From Balanoglossus misakiensis (Eukaryota > Animalia > Hemichordata), in contig CM082579.2 in assembly GCA_040954595.2 (NCBI GenBank), forward strand, positions 14,918,550 to 14,982,549: a stretch of DNA of 64,000 nucleotides, written 5' to 3'. This document shows, in pieces, positions 53,101 to 64,000 of this stretch. Made by a program: the position numbers and the translations under genes. The stretch's first letter is position 1. Every line of letters begins with the position of its first letter. The notes beneath the pieces were generated by a model, which had not been told where the DNA came from, made no database searches, and worked only from the letters and a program-made list of their open reading frames with translations.

Positions 53101-54820
53101 TAGAGGACAGATTTGGCACAGACAAAATTCGTATTAACAAACCACAGAGAAAACGTCAAAATGGAGCGATTTATAAAATGATCAATTCCACGAGTTTGCA
53201 AATTAAAGTTAAAGAGATACAGTTTCATTGGGTGGATCACTATCCTAGAGCGGTCTGGAAGCATGGGTGGATTTTTACCTGGTGTTTGTTTACCTGGTAA
53301 AAATAGGCTATTGTTCTCCCCTGCTTTTCATAGCGGATTTTTTAACACGTCTCCTCGAGATCAAACATTAATGAGCGATTAAAAGCGCTTCGTATACTTT
53401 TTGTGGGTCGAGTTGTGTTTTTCGTTTTATTTGGTCATTAATTCGATCAGAATGGATTGTTTATTGTTGTATTGTTAAAAGCTTGGATTTTATGTTTCAG
53501 TTGTGCAGAGTGCTTAAGTATGCTCGACTTGCGTGGCAATTCTGCATATTTGGAGCATTCTTTGGAATTTAATTGATTTGGACATGAGTTTGTTGTTTGG
53601 TTGGTCATGGAACAACACGTGACATTGTCTGCATGACATTCTTTAGGGTGTTCCAATTCTGTAAATGACATGAGGTGGTTACATCGGACCATATATGGCT
53701 GAGATGAGAACATATGGCGGCGCTCTTTTTTCGCGTGTGCCACCCACTAAAAATCTGTGATTGGCTACATCTCAATTTGCCATGGTAACTATAGCTAATT
53801 TTCCATAGGTGACCGTATACCTTTAATTGCCTGTTGGTACTAAACAGCACTCTCCCCGAGTCTAGTGAAACATCATTTTGGGGGATCTGGATTTCGTGTT
53901 CATTATTGCGTGACTGATACGGCGGGTATCGATTGGAATAGGCCCTATCGTTAAAATAGAAGTTCATTCTTGTCGGGCGACCCAGGAAGGCATAAGCTTG
54001 ACGTGCCTAAAGTTTGTCGGACATTGTTCGACCATCACGGCTGCAAATTGGTTTAAGTTCGACCCTGGGCCCGGTGTAGCCTGCTCCAATAGAAATGGAG
54101 AAATTAAGTATAAGGCAACAACCCGAATGTGCCACTTTTTCACTCACAGCATCCCTCTAAAACCACAGTAAGTGATAAAACAAAAGGTTAGGTCGACTTT
54201 TCATGTCCTTATGCGCATGAAAAGAAAAGAATGAGACAGAGTCAATGAAGTCTAGTATCGTGTCTTCGTGCACACGAAGACGCCCGAGCCGTTCATCATC
54301 ATGGTATTCCTCGTGGAATCTCTTGGCAAGTGCATGGCGTGTACCGAGTCAGAACATGTAAATACTGACTTCTGCCATAGACGTACCAGGTGCTTCGACG
54401 AGTTGGCCTTCGGCATTGTGGTTTTTTGGCTTTTCTAGTGAAGCCGAAGGCCAAAACCAAGGACCGTGACTAAACTGAAAAGCCCCCACCCCCCCCCCCA
54501 TCTCCCCCCCCCGCCCTCACCAGTTTTTGTAGTAGATATGTTCTTCATGCCTACCCCAATTCTACCGCTGGCTGCGCTGTCACAGTGACCTCAAGCCAGG
54601 TCAAATTTGAGCTAAAAGACAAGTTCCGTCTACATACTCAGGAATATTTCTTGGTTTCTTCGCGTATAAACTCAGGAATACTATGCCCCTGAAGCCTCGG
54701 CTGGCTTTGATGCACGTTATCATGTTTTAATTAGTCAAAGACCCACAGTAGCAAAGTAGGTAATTGTCTTTTTTTCACGCGTATCCTTTGGTCATATATT
54801 CTGCCTGCAGCCCCCAGCCC

Positions 54821-55136
54821 TTGCTGCAGTTTGAAGCCCTTCCATCTCCCCTGAACGAGTTTTGGTTTTGCCGATTGAAGTTGAATAACTGGGGAAAACG
54901 TAGGCAAAATCGACAAATACCGCGACATCCTTTGCCAGGTAAGCGCTGTATGGGTTCCGGGACCGATTTGGCGAAAAAAGTGTGGAAAATTGTGGACTGG
55001 AGACGTCTGGAGTGTAGAAATTCGCTCCGGGCCCAAATCCCGGTCGCTCGTTGTGCGGTTTAGAATAGCTGGGACCTGCAGCCCCGCAAAAACAAAAATC
55101 GTCCAGGGGAGATGGAGGGGCTGCAAACTGCAGCAA
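54821..55136. mobile_element. MITE with 10-bp TSD
   Basis: CCCCCAGCCC|ttgctgcagtttg...caaactgcagcaa|CCCCCAGCCC; imperfect TIR extends ~50 bp. Confidence 0.8.
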
Positions 55137-55870
55137 CCCCCAGCCCCACATTCGCTGATATAATTGTCACGTTCCTCGATAGTTATTATAATTTTTAGTT
55201 AGAGACGGCCTTGTAGACTCGGAATTGTAGACTAGCGACGGCTCAGCTGGCATATCGTACCACTTTTTCTGTTACATTGCCGACCGGCCCGGCGCAACTA
55301 CCGAGGAAAGATACGGGTGTGCTCGTGGGAATTGTCAACTACCCGTTCATCGTTCGACTGCTCAACACAGATCATTGATAACACAATGTCACATTTCGAA
55401 CTAATTTTGAAATTCTGGATAAATTCTCCAAATATCCTGTTAATCTGGGATTTTCTTCCATCACCTTGATGCAACTGTATCAGAATTTGTCTTTTAAGTT
55501 TATTCACACCAAAAAAAAACAACAACAGCCATTTCCTGGAAATTGTCATGTTTTCTCTAAAAGAAATAAGCTGAACTTTTTTATTCAAAGGAAACGTTCA
55601 GCAAATTTTTTTCTCCCCAAAATTCAGGTGAATTTTTCACAGATTCTTTTTTCCCAGAAATTCTGCCGAAATCTACACTAATCACACACTTATTGGAAAG
55701 GTGTAACACAAAATATAGACTTTACAAACAAAAATCTAATGTTATACATTTATGAACCTCTTATTCACCAATATTAAATGTTTTCAAAGAGGAAATGTAT
55801 TATTCACGGACTGGAATTTCGAAATTAGTTTGGAACATGTTTGATGTGTTATAAATTGGTTTATTTTCAG

Positions 55871-55989
55871 ATTTTATGGTGGGCACTTGACAGTAATTGA
55901 GGGTTATTCTGAAAATCGTTATGCTGGAGCAGAGATTGTAAACCAGATTGAAGAGACTTCCAATGAAACAGCGAACCATGGTTGGATTG
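55871..55989 (+). CDS. Exon: C-type lectin domain, middle
   Basis: ttttcAG|..|GTGAGT; FYGGHLTVIEGYSENRY..HGWIG. Confidence 0.85.
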
Positions 55990-56202
55990 GTGAGTGTGTC
56001 TTTTAACAGTGTTTGTCAGTGTTCCCAAATAATTTGTGGGTGTATCAAGTGTAAAAAATAACTGGTTTTGGAATTTGACAGTTTACAAGTAAGCACTGCA
56101 TAGTAACACTTGAATGATAATTGTCTCAAGATGGTAATTGAAAAGCCTATTTTTTACATCTCAATAACCTCACAAAATCTTGCTATTAAGTGACTCTGTA
56201 TG

Positions 56203-56398
56203 CAGTTTTTCATCCAGATGGAGGGATGAGGGAATTCGCCCACTGTCAGCATGTTGGCACCCCCCTAGAAATTGGTCAAGGGGGAAATGGTGCCCCTTAC
56301 AGACTCAGCAATGTCACTCATTCCCCTCCTTGCAAGAGTGCAACTATTCAAGCAAAGGGGGACATATCCCCCCCCCCCCCATCCTGGATGAAACACTG
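56203..56398. mobile_element. Intronic MITE with CAG..CTG ends and 7-bp TSD (hAT/P-like)
   Basis: CTGTATG|cagtttttcatccagatg...catcctggatgaaacactg|CTGTATG. Confidence 0.7.
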
Positions 56399-56434
56399 CT
56401 GTATGCATCTTCTTTCTTTATTTCCATTTTATAG

Positions 56435-56650
56435 GATTTAGTGGACCCAATCGAGATGGCAGTGTGGAATATGATTATTCAGATGGCAGGAAAGGTAGTG
56501 TCTTTGATGGTCGATGGGCAGACACAGAACCTGATGCCTCCACTGGGCAATGTGTGAGGTTAAACCTCTTTGAAAATAATTACCCATTGTATCATGCAAG
56601 ATGTGATGATGTCAGTCTGTCAATGTGTGAAGTAGCAGCTTGTGCTGAGG
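56435..56650 (+). CDS. Exon: C-type lectin domain, C-terminal half
   Basis: ttttatAG|..|GTAAGT; FSGPNRDG..DGRWADTEPDASTGQCV..ARCDDVSLSMCEVAACAEG. Confidence 0.88.
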
Positions 56651-56764
56651 GTAAGTCTGATTCAAATCAGCTAGAATCTTCCCTTACTCGCATCAGGTCT
56701 TTACTTTTCTCGCACTGCTGTAGTCACCTCCCAATATATATACTAAGAGAGAGTGTGTGCAAAA

Positions 56765-57045
56765 GAGCGGGAGGGAGAGGCTGGGAGGGGAGAGTGAGAG
56801 GGGAGGGAGAGAGAGCTGGAGAGTGACAGGGAGGGAGGGAGGGAGGGTGGTAGTGAGGGAGAGGGGGAGAGAGAACTAGAGGGAGAGGGAGGGGTAGAGG
56901 GGGGTAGGGAGGGAGAGAGAGCTAGAGAGGGGTGGGAGGGAGGGAGAGGGGCGGGAGAGGGGAGGGAGAGGGGCGGGAGAGGGGAGGGAGAGAGCTAGAG
57001 AGGGAGGGAGAGGGGGTGGAAGGGAGGGAAGGAGAGAGAGTTAGA
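56765..57045 (+). repeat. Polypurine (G/A) low-complexity tract
   Basis: Dense GGGA/GAGA runs with recurring gagagagctagag. Confidence 0.85.
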
Positions 57046-57246
57046 GTCCCCTAAGCAATACAAGATATACTTGGAAGAGCTAACCACTAAAAGTTAAACA
57101 AGGGGGATCAGATCATGTGATGTCTCCTTGGGTGCAGAATGGTGTTATATTTGAAATTCAAAATTGAGGCCAGTTGTCGCTAGATAATTCCACTCATTAA
57201 TTGTATGGTTATGTTTACTTAACAATTTCTTTTACACTATTTATGT

Positions 57247-57337
57247 AATAGAGAACCACCGACCCCGAGGTGGTTCTTGGTTTCTAATTGCCGAGGGCCG
57301 CAAGCCCGAGGCGATTGGAAACCAAGAACCACTGAGG
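57247..57337. repeat. Crypton-like hairpin end of an intronic element (possibly extending to ~58670)
   Basis: gtggttcttggtttc.aattgcc..gccgcaagcccgaggcgattggaaaccaagaaccac palindrome; agagaacc is mirrored by ggttctct near 58643. Confidence 0.5.
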
Positions 57338-58776
57338 CTTAAAGCACGACCCCCCACAGACATTGTCACCATTGGAGCTTCGTGTACCACAAAGACGTCG
57401 TTTTACTCAACGATTCAATAAAATGAACGAACAAAAGCTTATCAAAAGAGGCTTATTCTTCATTGCTGACTGTGAAATTTGGTTGGCCACCCCTTTTCCT
57501 ATAAATGAATCATGTCGTGGGCAGGTAGTTCTAGACCGCCCTGCTGGGCCTTACAAGATCGCCCACGCTTGACAGGTGTTACTCTAAATGTTCATGCTTA
57601 CGTGTCAGAGTGATATGCTAATTTCAAACACTAATTTGCATCAAATTAAACTTTACAGGTGTGTTACGTAGTGTATTATGGGAAGCGTTACAGCTATTGG
57701 GGTTTTGCGTGCACATGGTAAGCTTACGCGAAAATTTTCTAGGCCAAATGCAGAAGGCCTACATGTAAGTGTCACGTTTTTTTTTTTATTTTCCTTCAAA
57801 TGTCCATGAAATCGATCTGAAGATACATGTAGTTCCGATCTATATCATCTGCGAAAACAAGCGGCTACATGTTGGTAAAGCAAAAACCGGGTAACAATGC
57901 TCTACATGGTACTACTGCCCGTCTGTGTATTGGCCTCCCTGGCTTTTGAACGAACCACTCTCTACGAGCCACAGCGGCAACACGTCTGTATGGTAGCGAT
58001 ATTGGTGAGTAACTCATCTGCGAAAAGACTTGATACCGAAGTGAATCCGTCCGACATTACAAACCCACGTCTGGTGAACAGCAACAAAAAGTAAGCAGAA
58101 TTTTGCAAGGTACGCGGGTTTTAGGCCTAAAACAGCCAACCTTGTTACATGTCGGTAGTGAAGCAAAATCGAAGTGAAGCATCTGGTTAGAGTAATACAA
58201 GCAAATCTGGGGATAATGTGATTTAGTATAATTTTCTAGAAATTTGTAGTTAATTTATTGCAACGTTAGTCTGTTTCTGGTGAATTGATTTTTGTCTATT
58301 TTATACTTTTATTATCATGTTATGAAGACTCTCGAGAGCCACCAAGACATTAGCTTTGTACGTCAGTAGACAAACTGTGAATGTGAAGCATTGAATGAAA
58401 TGATCCGGAGACTGTCGCATATCCAGTTCGCTTTCAATTAACATAACAATTACTCTATTCAAATGAAATGTACTTTGAATACAGGTATAGAAGTAAATGT
58501 AATGATGCAAATAAAGCATTGTGTATTTGTATTTTTGTTACGACAGGTGAGACTGAGTCCTGCGGTAGTTCTAGAACCCCCGGAGGTAGTTCTAGAACTA
58601 CCCGGGACTTGGTTTTAAACCTGTGGTTTTGTGTGAGACGGAGGTTCTCTCAGTGAATGACTTGTCTATTGAATAGTGTGACGTCACGATCGTGGTTTAA
58701 TTGTATGATCATCTCCTTTGCAACTAAAGACTACTTTTGAACTGTCAGCAGAAAGTCTGATCCTCAAAGAATTTTG

Positions 58777-58971
58777 TACTGTAAACAGGAAATTTTCGCG
58801 AGCGATACATTTTTGCGAACTATGCGAGAGCCAAAAAAACGCGAAAATAAACAAGTTGTGTAAAAATGTTTTTCGAAGATAGCAATGCCGTGAAATATGA
58901 GAATGCGAAAATCAATCATCGCATAACAGTTGCCACTTTTGATATCATGAAAAATTTCCTGTTTTACAGTA
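58777..58971. mobile_element. TACTGTAAA..TTTACAGTA MITE (TA-flanked, Tc1/mariner-like)
   Basis: TIR tactgtaaacaggaaatttt / aaatttcctgttttacagta; internal ttcgcga motifs. Confidence 0.75.
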
Positions 58972-59282
58972 TGTCATAAATATAAATCAGAAACAAAACT
59001 GGGCCAAGTATTTTAAGAATCTGGCATCTGTCACACTGATAGTTTGAGCTTAGAGAATCATAATATGCGGTTCTTGGAATTTTCGGGTGTGATAAATGTC
59101 GTTTCAAAATTTTTACATTTGATTTATACTAATACAAACATTGTTTTATACATGTACATTGGATACTCACTGTTGGTGAAGTAATTTTATCATCAATGAA
59201 ATTTCGTCAACTTGATGAGCTGAATCTTTATGACCATTCATCACACAAACATACTCTTTCTTTTTATTTTAATGATATTCAG

Positions 59283-59407
59283 GAACATGTGGTGGTTTGG
59301 AAACTGGTGAATCGGGGACCTTTCACAGCACTGGATACCCAGATGATAATTATTACATTCTACAAGAATGTATTTGGACAATCCAGGGACCTGCAACATC
59401 CAGAATA
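59283..59407 (+). CDS. Exon: CUB1 first half, 3' end disrupted
   Basis: attcAG|; TCGGLETGESGTFHSTGYPDDNY..ECIWTIQGPATSRI, then runs into a repeat fragment and a TAA stop. Confidence 0.8.
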
Positions 59408-60185
59408 AGTGCTCACTTGTAAACTGTCAAATTCCAAAACCAGTTATTTTTTACAGTAAAACTTGCATAAACCACTAACTCTGTCTAATCTGGAAACCTG
59501 CCTATACAAAACACCTTTTCCCGTCCATTCGACATACAAACACTTTAAAAAAAAAAAACAGACACATGTATTAGATTTAAATTCATTTCAACTAAAAAAA
59601 AAATAATTTAATTTTTTTCTTCCTTATAACAAACATGATTTTTGGTAAACTTTTGAATTAAAGGGCCATTATCTATAACTTCAGGCTAGTTTATCAGTAA
59701 TTTTGTTTTGTGTTTATTACACCTCACGTATTATACCGTTTTCGTGATTGGCTGAGACGCGCTCACGTGATATAGAAAAAAAAGTGATATAACATGGCTA
59801 GAGTTGATAAAGCCCTGTCGCGTGCGCTGATATTGCCCGCTTGGTTGTTTTGGTGTTCTGGGCACGACTTCTGCGCGTTCCAAACTGTCGTTCAATGGCT
59901 TCCTTCACGATCAGTCAACTCCCGCATCTATATGGCTTCAAAGCGACACACAGGCTTAACACCTGTTCTACTGGATGATATTTTACTGCAAACGGGCAGT
60001 AAATACACCAAAATCGCAACCAACAGCGCAGTATTTTCAAAATAATCTAAGTTCGAAGTAGGTATCGTATAATTCTTGGGAGATCGAGACATTTTACATT
60101 CTCAGCAACGTACGACATATGGACGCGAGTCTACATGCTACATGCTGCAGTGTATGTACGTTCAAATGTTCGGCGTAATAAAATT

Positions 60186-60367
60186 AATAACACATTATGC
60201 TCGGGCAACATCACGATTTGAAGCCTGCCCTCGGGCTGGTGATCTCTGACCAAAATATTGATGATACCCTCGCCTGCGGCTCGGGCATCATCAATATTAT
60301 GGTCAGAGATCACCATCCCTCATGCAGGCTTCAAATCGTGATATTGCCCTCGCTATCATGTGTTATT
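60186..60367. repeat. Long palindrome (~85-bp arms), Crypton-like hairpin element
   Basis: ataacacat..gggcaa.atcacgatttgaagcctgc..tggtgatctctgacca.aatattgatgat is mirrored around ctcgcctgcggctcggg. Confidence 0.7.
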
Positions 60368-60734
60368 ATTTAAATTAAACACTTTTTCTTGTTCCTCTCC
60401 TCATGAGTAACCCATCACACCCAGCTCTCTGCTTGTCAACGAGTCATGTGTATGTGTACTGACTGTTGTGATTATTTACGAATGTTTTCAAACAACAACA
60501 ATGCCGATTGTGCCCTCATAGGTTTCGTTGAGAAGTTAAGACTATGGATTTAACTCTGCCCTGCGTAGCTGAACAAGAAACTATAATTGATACACAGAAT
60601 AGAAATACTGAAAAATGCAAAAAGTTACAGCTAATGGGGCTTAAGTCATGAAACCGTGTTTATTTTCATGTATATTGGCTTGAGACAGCTCACTATTTAT
60701 GATGTGTGTTGTGACATTTTTTTATTCTTTTCAG

Positions 60735-60936
60735 TTTCTACATTTTGACACTGAACTTTATTATGATACTGTTGTCATTGTCGAGGTGTCTGTGTTTGAC
60801 CCATCCAAAGTTCTTGCCACATACAGTGGACCGGACCAGCCTGATGAAGTTATTAGCAGTGGTAATGCAATGTTGGTGAAATTTCTCTCAGATAGTTCGC
60901 ATACTGCTACTGGCTTTGAAGCATCTTGGCAAGCAG
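60735..60936 (+). CDS. Exon: CUB1 second half
   Basis: ttttcAG|..|GTAAT; FLHFDTELYYDTV..LATYSG..VISSGNAMLVKFLSDSSHTATGFEASW. Confidence 0.9.
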
Positions 60937-61229
60937 GTAATACCAAGTTTTATACATAATGTAAAACTGGAAATTTTCGCAAACGATAAATTTTCGCGAA
61001 CTACACATAAACTTTGCATGTGTGGACACAAGGCAACTAAAAGCATTAATGCTCTGTGTTTACCTTAGGCAAATAGTGTCTCTGAAACGTTTCGAATTTT
61101 ACCCTACGTGAACCTGGTATAACATTATAGATTGCACATGTAGGCAATATTTGCCCTACCTCGACTGTGATCTTGCTGATGTCCTGTTTGTGAAGTGTTT
61201 CTGTTAAGATGACTTCTTCTTTCTTTCAG

Positions 61230-61381
61230 TGTATTCTTTGTGTGGTGGGAATTTCATAGCACAGTCATATAAACAGAATCTCAGCAGTACAGAATATTTT
61301 GAAGGCAAGAATTATCTCAACAATGAAGATTGTAACTGACAGCTGGCATCATTCACAAAAGAATTTGTTGTCACTTTACAG
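61230..61381 (+). CDS. Exon: CUB2 first half with premature stop
   Basis: ctttcAG|..|GTAGT; YSLCGGNFIAQSYKQNLSS..YLNNEDCN*QLASFTKEFVVTLQ. Confidence 0.8.
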
Positions 61382-62127
61382 GTAGTGGATTCAGATGCAA
61401 TTAATCGTGTGAGTTGTTTTACAGCATGACAAAAATTAGTAATTATATTTTTAAAAATACATTTTATTTTTGTCATTTCTGGTCAATTCTCAGTAGTCAC
61501 TTTTCCGATTTCTTAAAATTTGGTTTACAAGGACCTACAATATTTGTTATTATGGTGTACATAAACATGTGACAAATATCAATACTGGGGAGGAGGGGGG
61601 TGGGTAGTTTTAGACATTTTTGGTCCAAAAGTCCACTTATGTCAGAAACGGATGTTTTGGATTTTGGTTTATTGGGATGTGAAAATATTCTTTATCAGAT
61701 GTATTCTTATATTACCTCATCAATGCTAAAGGTGTCCTTATATTGTCCCTTTAAATCACTTAAAATCATTCCCAAAGAATTTCAACCCAGTAAGAATTGT
61801 AAGGATCACAGATCTATCTTCTTTTGCCATTCTTTCTGGAAGTTTATAATATAAGCTAATCTGATACTGGGTCATTATGGAACTTTTTAACAGAAAAAAT
61901 AACAAAATGTGAAAAAAGTTAAATGAGTTTAATTTGATAACTACATGTATAACGACAGAAAGGTTTGACCTAAGGAAGTCATATACAGTTAACAGTCATT
62001 TCTTCTGTCGCGTACGACTTTTTATCCAGAAGGCAATTATTATGTGATTTGATCCCCTAGCACAAAATAAAAGGCAGCCAGGATTACACCAAACCTGTGG
62101 ATTGAATTCATTATTCCTTGTTTGGTA

Positions 62128-62586
62128 TTTTTAGCTTGGCTGTCACTTGTGTCAGCCAAGCTGTAGCAGTAGGTTGATAAGTGTCCGTCTGTCGTCCGGC
62201 GTCCGTTGTCCGTCGTCCGTCAACTTTCGGTATTTCAATCTTCTTCTCCCTAACTACATGTACGATGGAGCTGAAATTTGGTAGAATGTGTGTTATGGTG
62301 CTCCTACCTGATTTTGTTTTATTGGAATTTTGATCGGGTCATGAATATGCAAATTAGTACCTTGGTACTTCCTTTTGATGTTGTTCTTTAGGAATAAATT
62401 CTTTCTTTCTTTAGCACAATGAATCAGGCTGAATGTGGATATTAAATACTTGTGATGTCTATGTTTGGTTTTGTTTAATAGAATACAATTGTTATGATTA
62501 AAACCTAGGGTATTCATATCATTGCCCAGCTATAGGTTTCACTGTTAAAGTCAGCAGAGCTCTTTTGACCGATAGGTCACTTGTTT
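62128..62586 (+). mobile_element. Helentron-associated (HINE/DINE-like) non-autonomous element
   Basis: tttttagcttggctg..cagccaagct 5' hairpin, (GTCC/CGT) microsatellite, 3' agagctc..tgaccgataggtca hairpin then cttgtt. Confidence 0.65.
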
Positions 62587-62594
62587 CTTTAAAG

Positions 62595-62779
62595 GTTGCC
62601 AGGGAATTGAAATTCTGCGTAGTTTTGGCACGATTCAGTCACCAGGGTATGATGTTAGCACTTACCCTGATGATGTTATGTGTAGCTGGTTAATCAAGGA
62701 ACCAACTGGAAGACCATTAACTCTTATCTTTGATGAGAACTTTGGATTAGAGAGGAACACAGATGTTGATTACATCATT
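62595..62779 (+). CDS. Exon: CUB3 first half
   Basis: tttaaAG|..|GTGAGT; GCQGIEILRSFGTIQSPGY..YPDDVMCSWLIKEPTGRPLTLIFDENFGLE. Confidence 0.9.
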
Positions 62780-62944
62780 GTGAGTATCAGATATGATCAT
62801 GAGTCAGCCATGTTAAAAATATTTGTCATATTAAAAAATTTGTCATATTATTTTGCAGTGATTTTAGTTTGACAATTTTGGCAGACATTACTTCAAACTA
62901 TACAACTTTGGAACACAATTTGGAAATTTAATTAATCACATATA

Positions 62945-63395
62945 TACTGTAAAACGGGATACTTTTGCAACATGAAATTTTCGCGTTATCAAAAGAGGCA
63001 AGTGTTATGCAACAATAACTTTTCACGTTCTTGTATTTCACTGCATCATTATCCCCGAAAAACATTTTTACGCAACTTTTTATTTTCATGTTTTGATGGC
63101 TCTCACGTAGATCGCGAAAATTTATTGTTTGCGAACATTTCCCATTTTACAGTATGTTGAGTAGCTGTTACAGCAGGAAATGCAACAAGGATTGAATACT
63201 ATAAAATTTTCGTGAACGATAAATTTTCGTAAACTATGTGAGAGCCAAAAAATATGAAAATAAAAAGTCGCTTAAAATGCTTCAGAGATAACAATGCAGT
63301 AAAATATGCCAATGTGAAAATTAATTGTCGCGTAACAGTAGCCACCTTTGATATCGCGAAAATTTCCTGTTGTGAAGATTTCCCGTTTTACGGTA
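62945..63395. mobile_element. Two adjacent TACTGTA-type MITEs (62945-63154 and 63197-63395)
   Basis: tactgtaaaacggga..tcccattttacagta; tactataaaa..gttttacggta; the second matches 58777-58971 internally. Confidence 0.7.
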
Positions 63396-63432
63396 TTTAC
63401 AATGCATGCTTAATTTGTCTTTGTTTCTGAAG

Positions 63433-63616
63433 GTATACAATGGTACTGAGAGTGATGATGATGTCATTATTGGTCCATGGAGTGGCAATTCTGATGGAGT
63501 CATTGATGGCACAGTGCCACCACCCGATTGCCGTACAGACATTGGACACTTTTCGGTTGTGTTCAGGAGTAGTAGAACACGACCAGCTAAAGGATTCAGG
63601 GCTTCATTTTCACCAG
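63433..63616 (+). CDS. Exon: CUB3 second half
   Basis: ttctgaAG|..|GTACAC; VYNGTESDDDVIIGPWSG..FSVVFRSSRTRPAKGFRASFS. Confidence 0.88.
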
Positions 63617-63623
63617 GTACACA

Positions 63624-63834
63624 TACTGTAAAACACTTTATTTTCACGAGTTGAAATTTTTCGCGACATCGAGAGAGGCCACTGTTTCGCCAGTATTAAT
63701 TTTCGCGTTCTCTTATTTCATTCATTGCATCTTTATCTTCAAAAAAATTACGCAACTTTTTATTTTCACGCTATTTTGGCTCTCGCGTATTTCGCGAAAA
63801 TCTCTTGCTCGCGAAAATAAAGTGTTTTACAGTA
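63624..63834. mobile_element. TACTGTA-type MITE
   Basis: TIR tactgtaaaacactttattttc / gaaaataaagtgttttacagta. Confidence 0.85.
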
Positions 63835-64000
63835 ACTTACTAACATTTCAGAAAAAGTTGTTACAGAATTCTTAGAAACACACTCTCCCTTTATTCCTTG
63901 TGATTTAGAGTCATTAATTGAAAGGTGCAAATGTTTTTGAATTTTTACGAAACTTCAAAGAGCTGGAAAAACAGAGACAGTAATTTCTTACAATTGCAAT

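Larger units (their letters stand above)
55871..63616 (+). pseudogene. C-type lectin + 3x CUB gene (uninflatable-like N-terminus), apparently disabled; probably continues beyond the window
   Basis: Seven exons 55871-55989, 56435-56650, 59283-~59407, 60735-60936, 61230-61381, 62595-62779, 63433-63616; in-frame TGA at 61337-61339; no phase-0 donor after the 59283 exon; second half of CUB2 not found. Confidence 0.7.

Noticed and set aside
52672-55870. Possible first exons of the lectin-CUB gene; ORFs 53447-55681
   Set aside because: No signal peptide or CTL N-terminal (C..W..CY) exon with splice sites could be identified; the ORFs lack domains or overlap MITEs
57336-58127. Possible Harbinger-like insertion (ggcttaaagc..ttttaggcc)
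   Set aside because: TIR too short and degenerate, and TSD mismatched, to support a call
61337-61339. TGA as selenocysteine or an alternative genetic code
   Set aside because: It sits at a conserved Trp, other Trp codons in the gene are TGG, and other lesions co-occur; simplest explanation is a TGG>TGA nonsense change

Overview
AT-rich, intron-containing eukaryotic (metazoan) genomic DNA. A marine invertebrate is likely, inferred from the repeat repertoire and a lectin/CUB gene; there are no prokaryotic features. The dominant structure is a ~16.1-kb array of a 78-bp satellite (27456-43530) lying exactly between two direct copies of a ~9-kb segment (18136-27455 and 43531-52671), which resembles an insertion with a giant target-site duplication. 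The two copies differ reciprocally in TE insertions and deletions, so each gives an empty-site control for the other. Left of the array are: candidate minus-strand exons (2.4-4.4 kb); a 3.8-kb foldback element built from ~170-bp subrepeats; a P/T/Q-rich minus-strand terminal exon; an intron-containing, frameshifted hAT (ZNF862-like) transposase; and a Helentron/Helitron2-type non-autonomous element carrying two nested LINEs and a TTAA-targeting MITE. Right of the array are seven plus-strand exons of a C-type lectin + 3x CUB gene resembling the N-terminus of uninflatable. It carries an in-frame TGA, a destroyed donor and an apparently missing exon, so it is a probable pseudogene or null allele. 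Most short ORFs in the supplied track are spurious. All coordinates were read by eye and may be off by a few bases.
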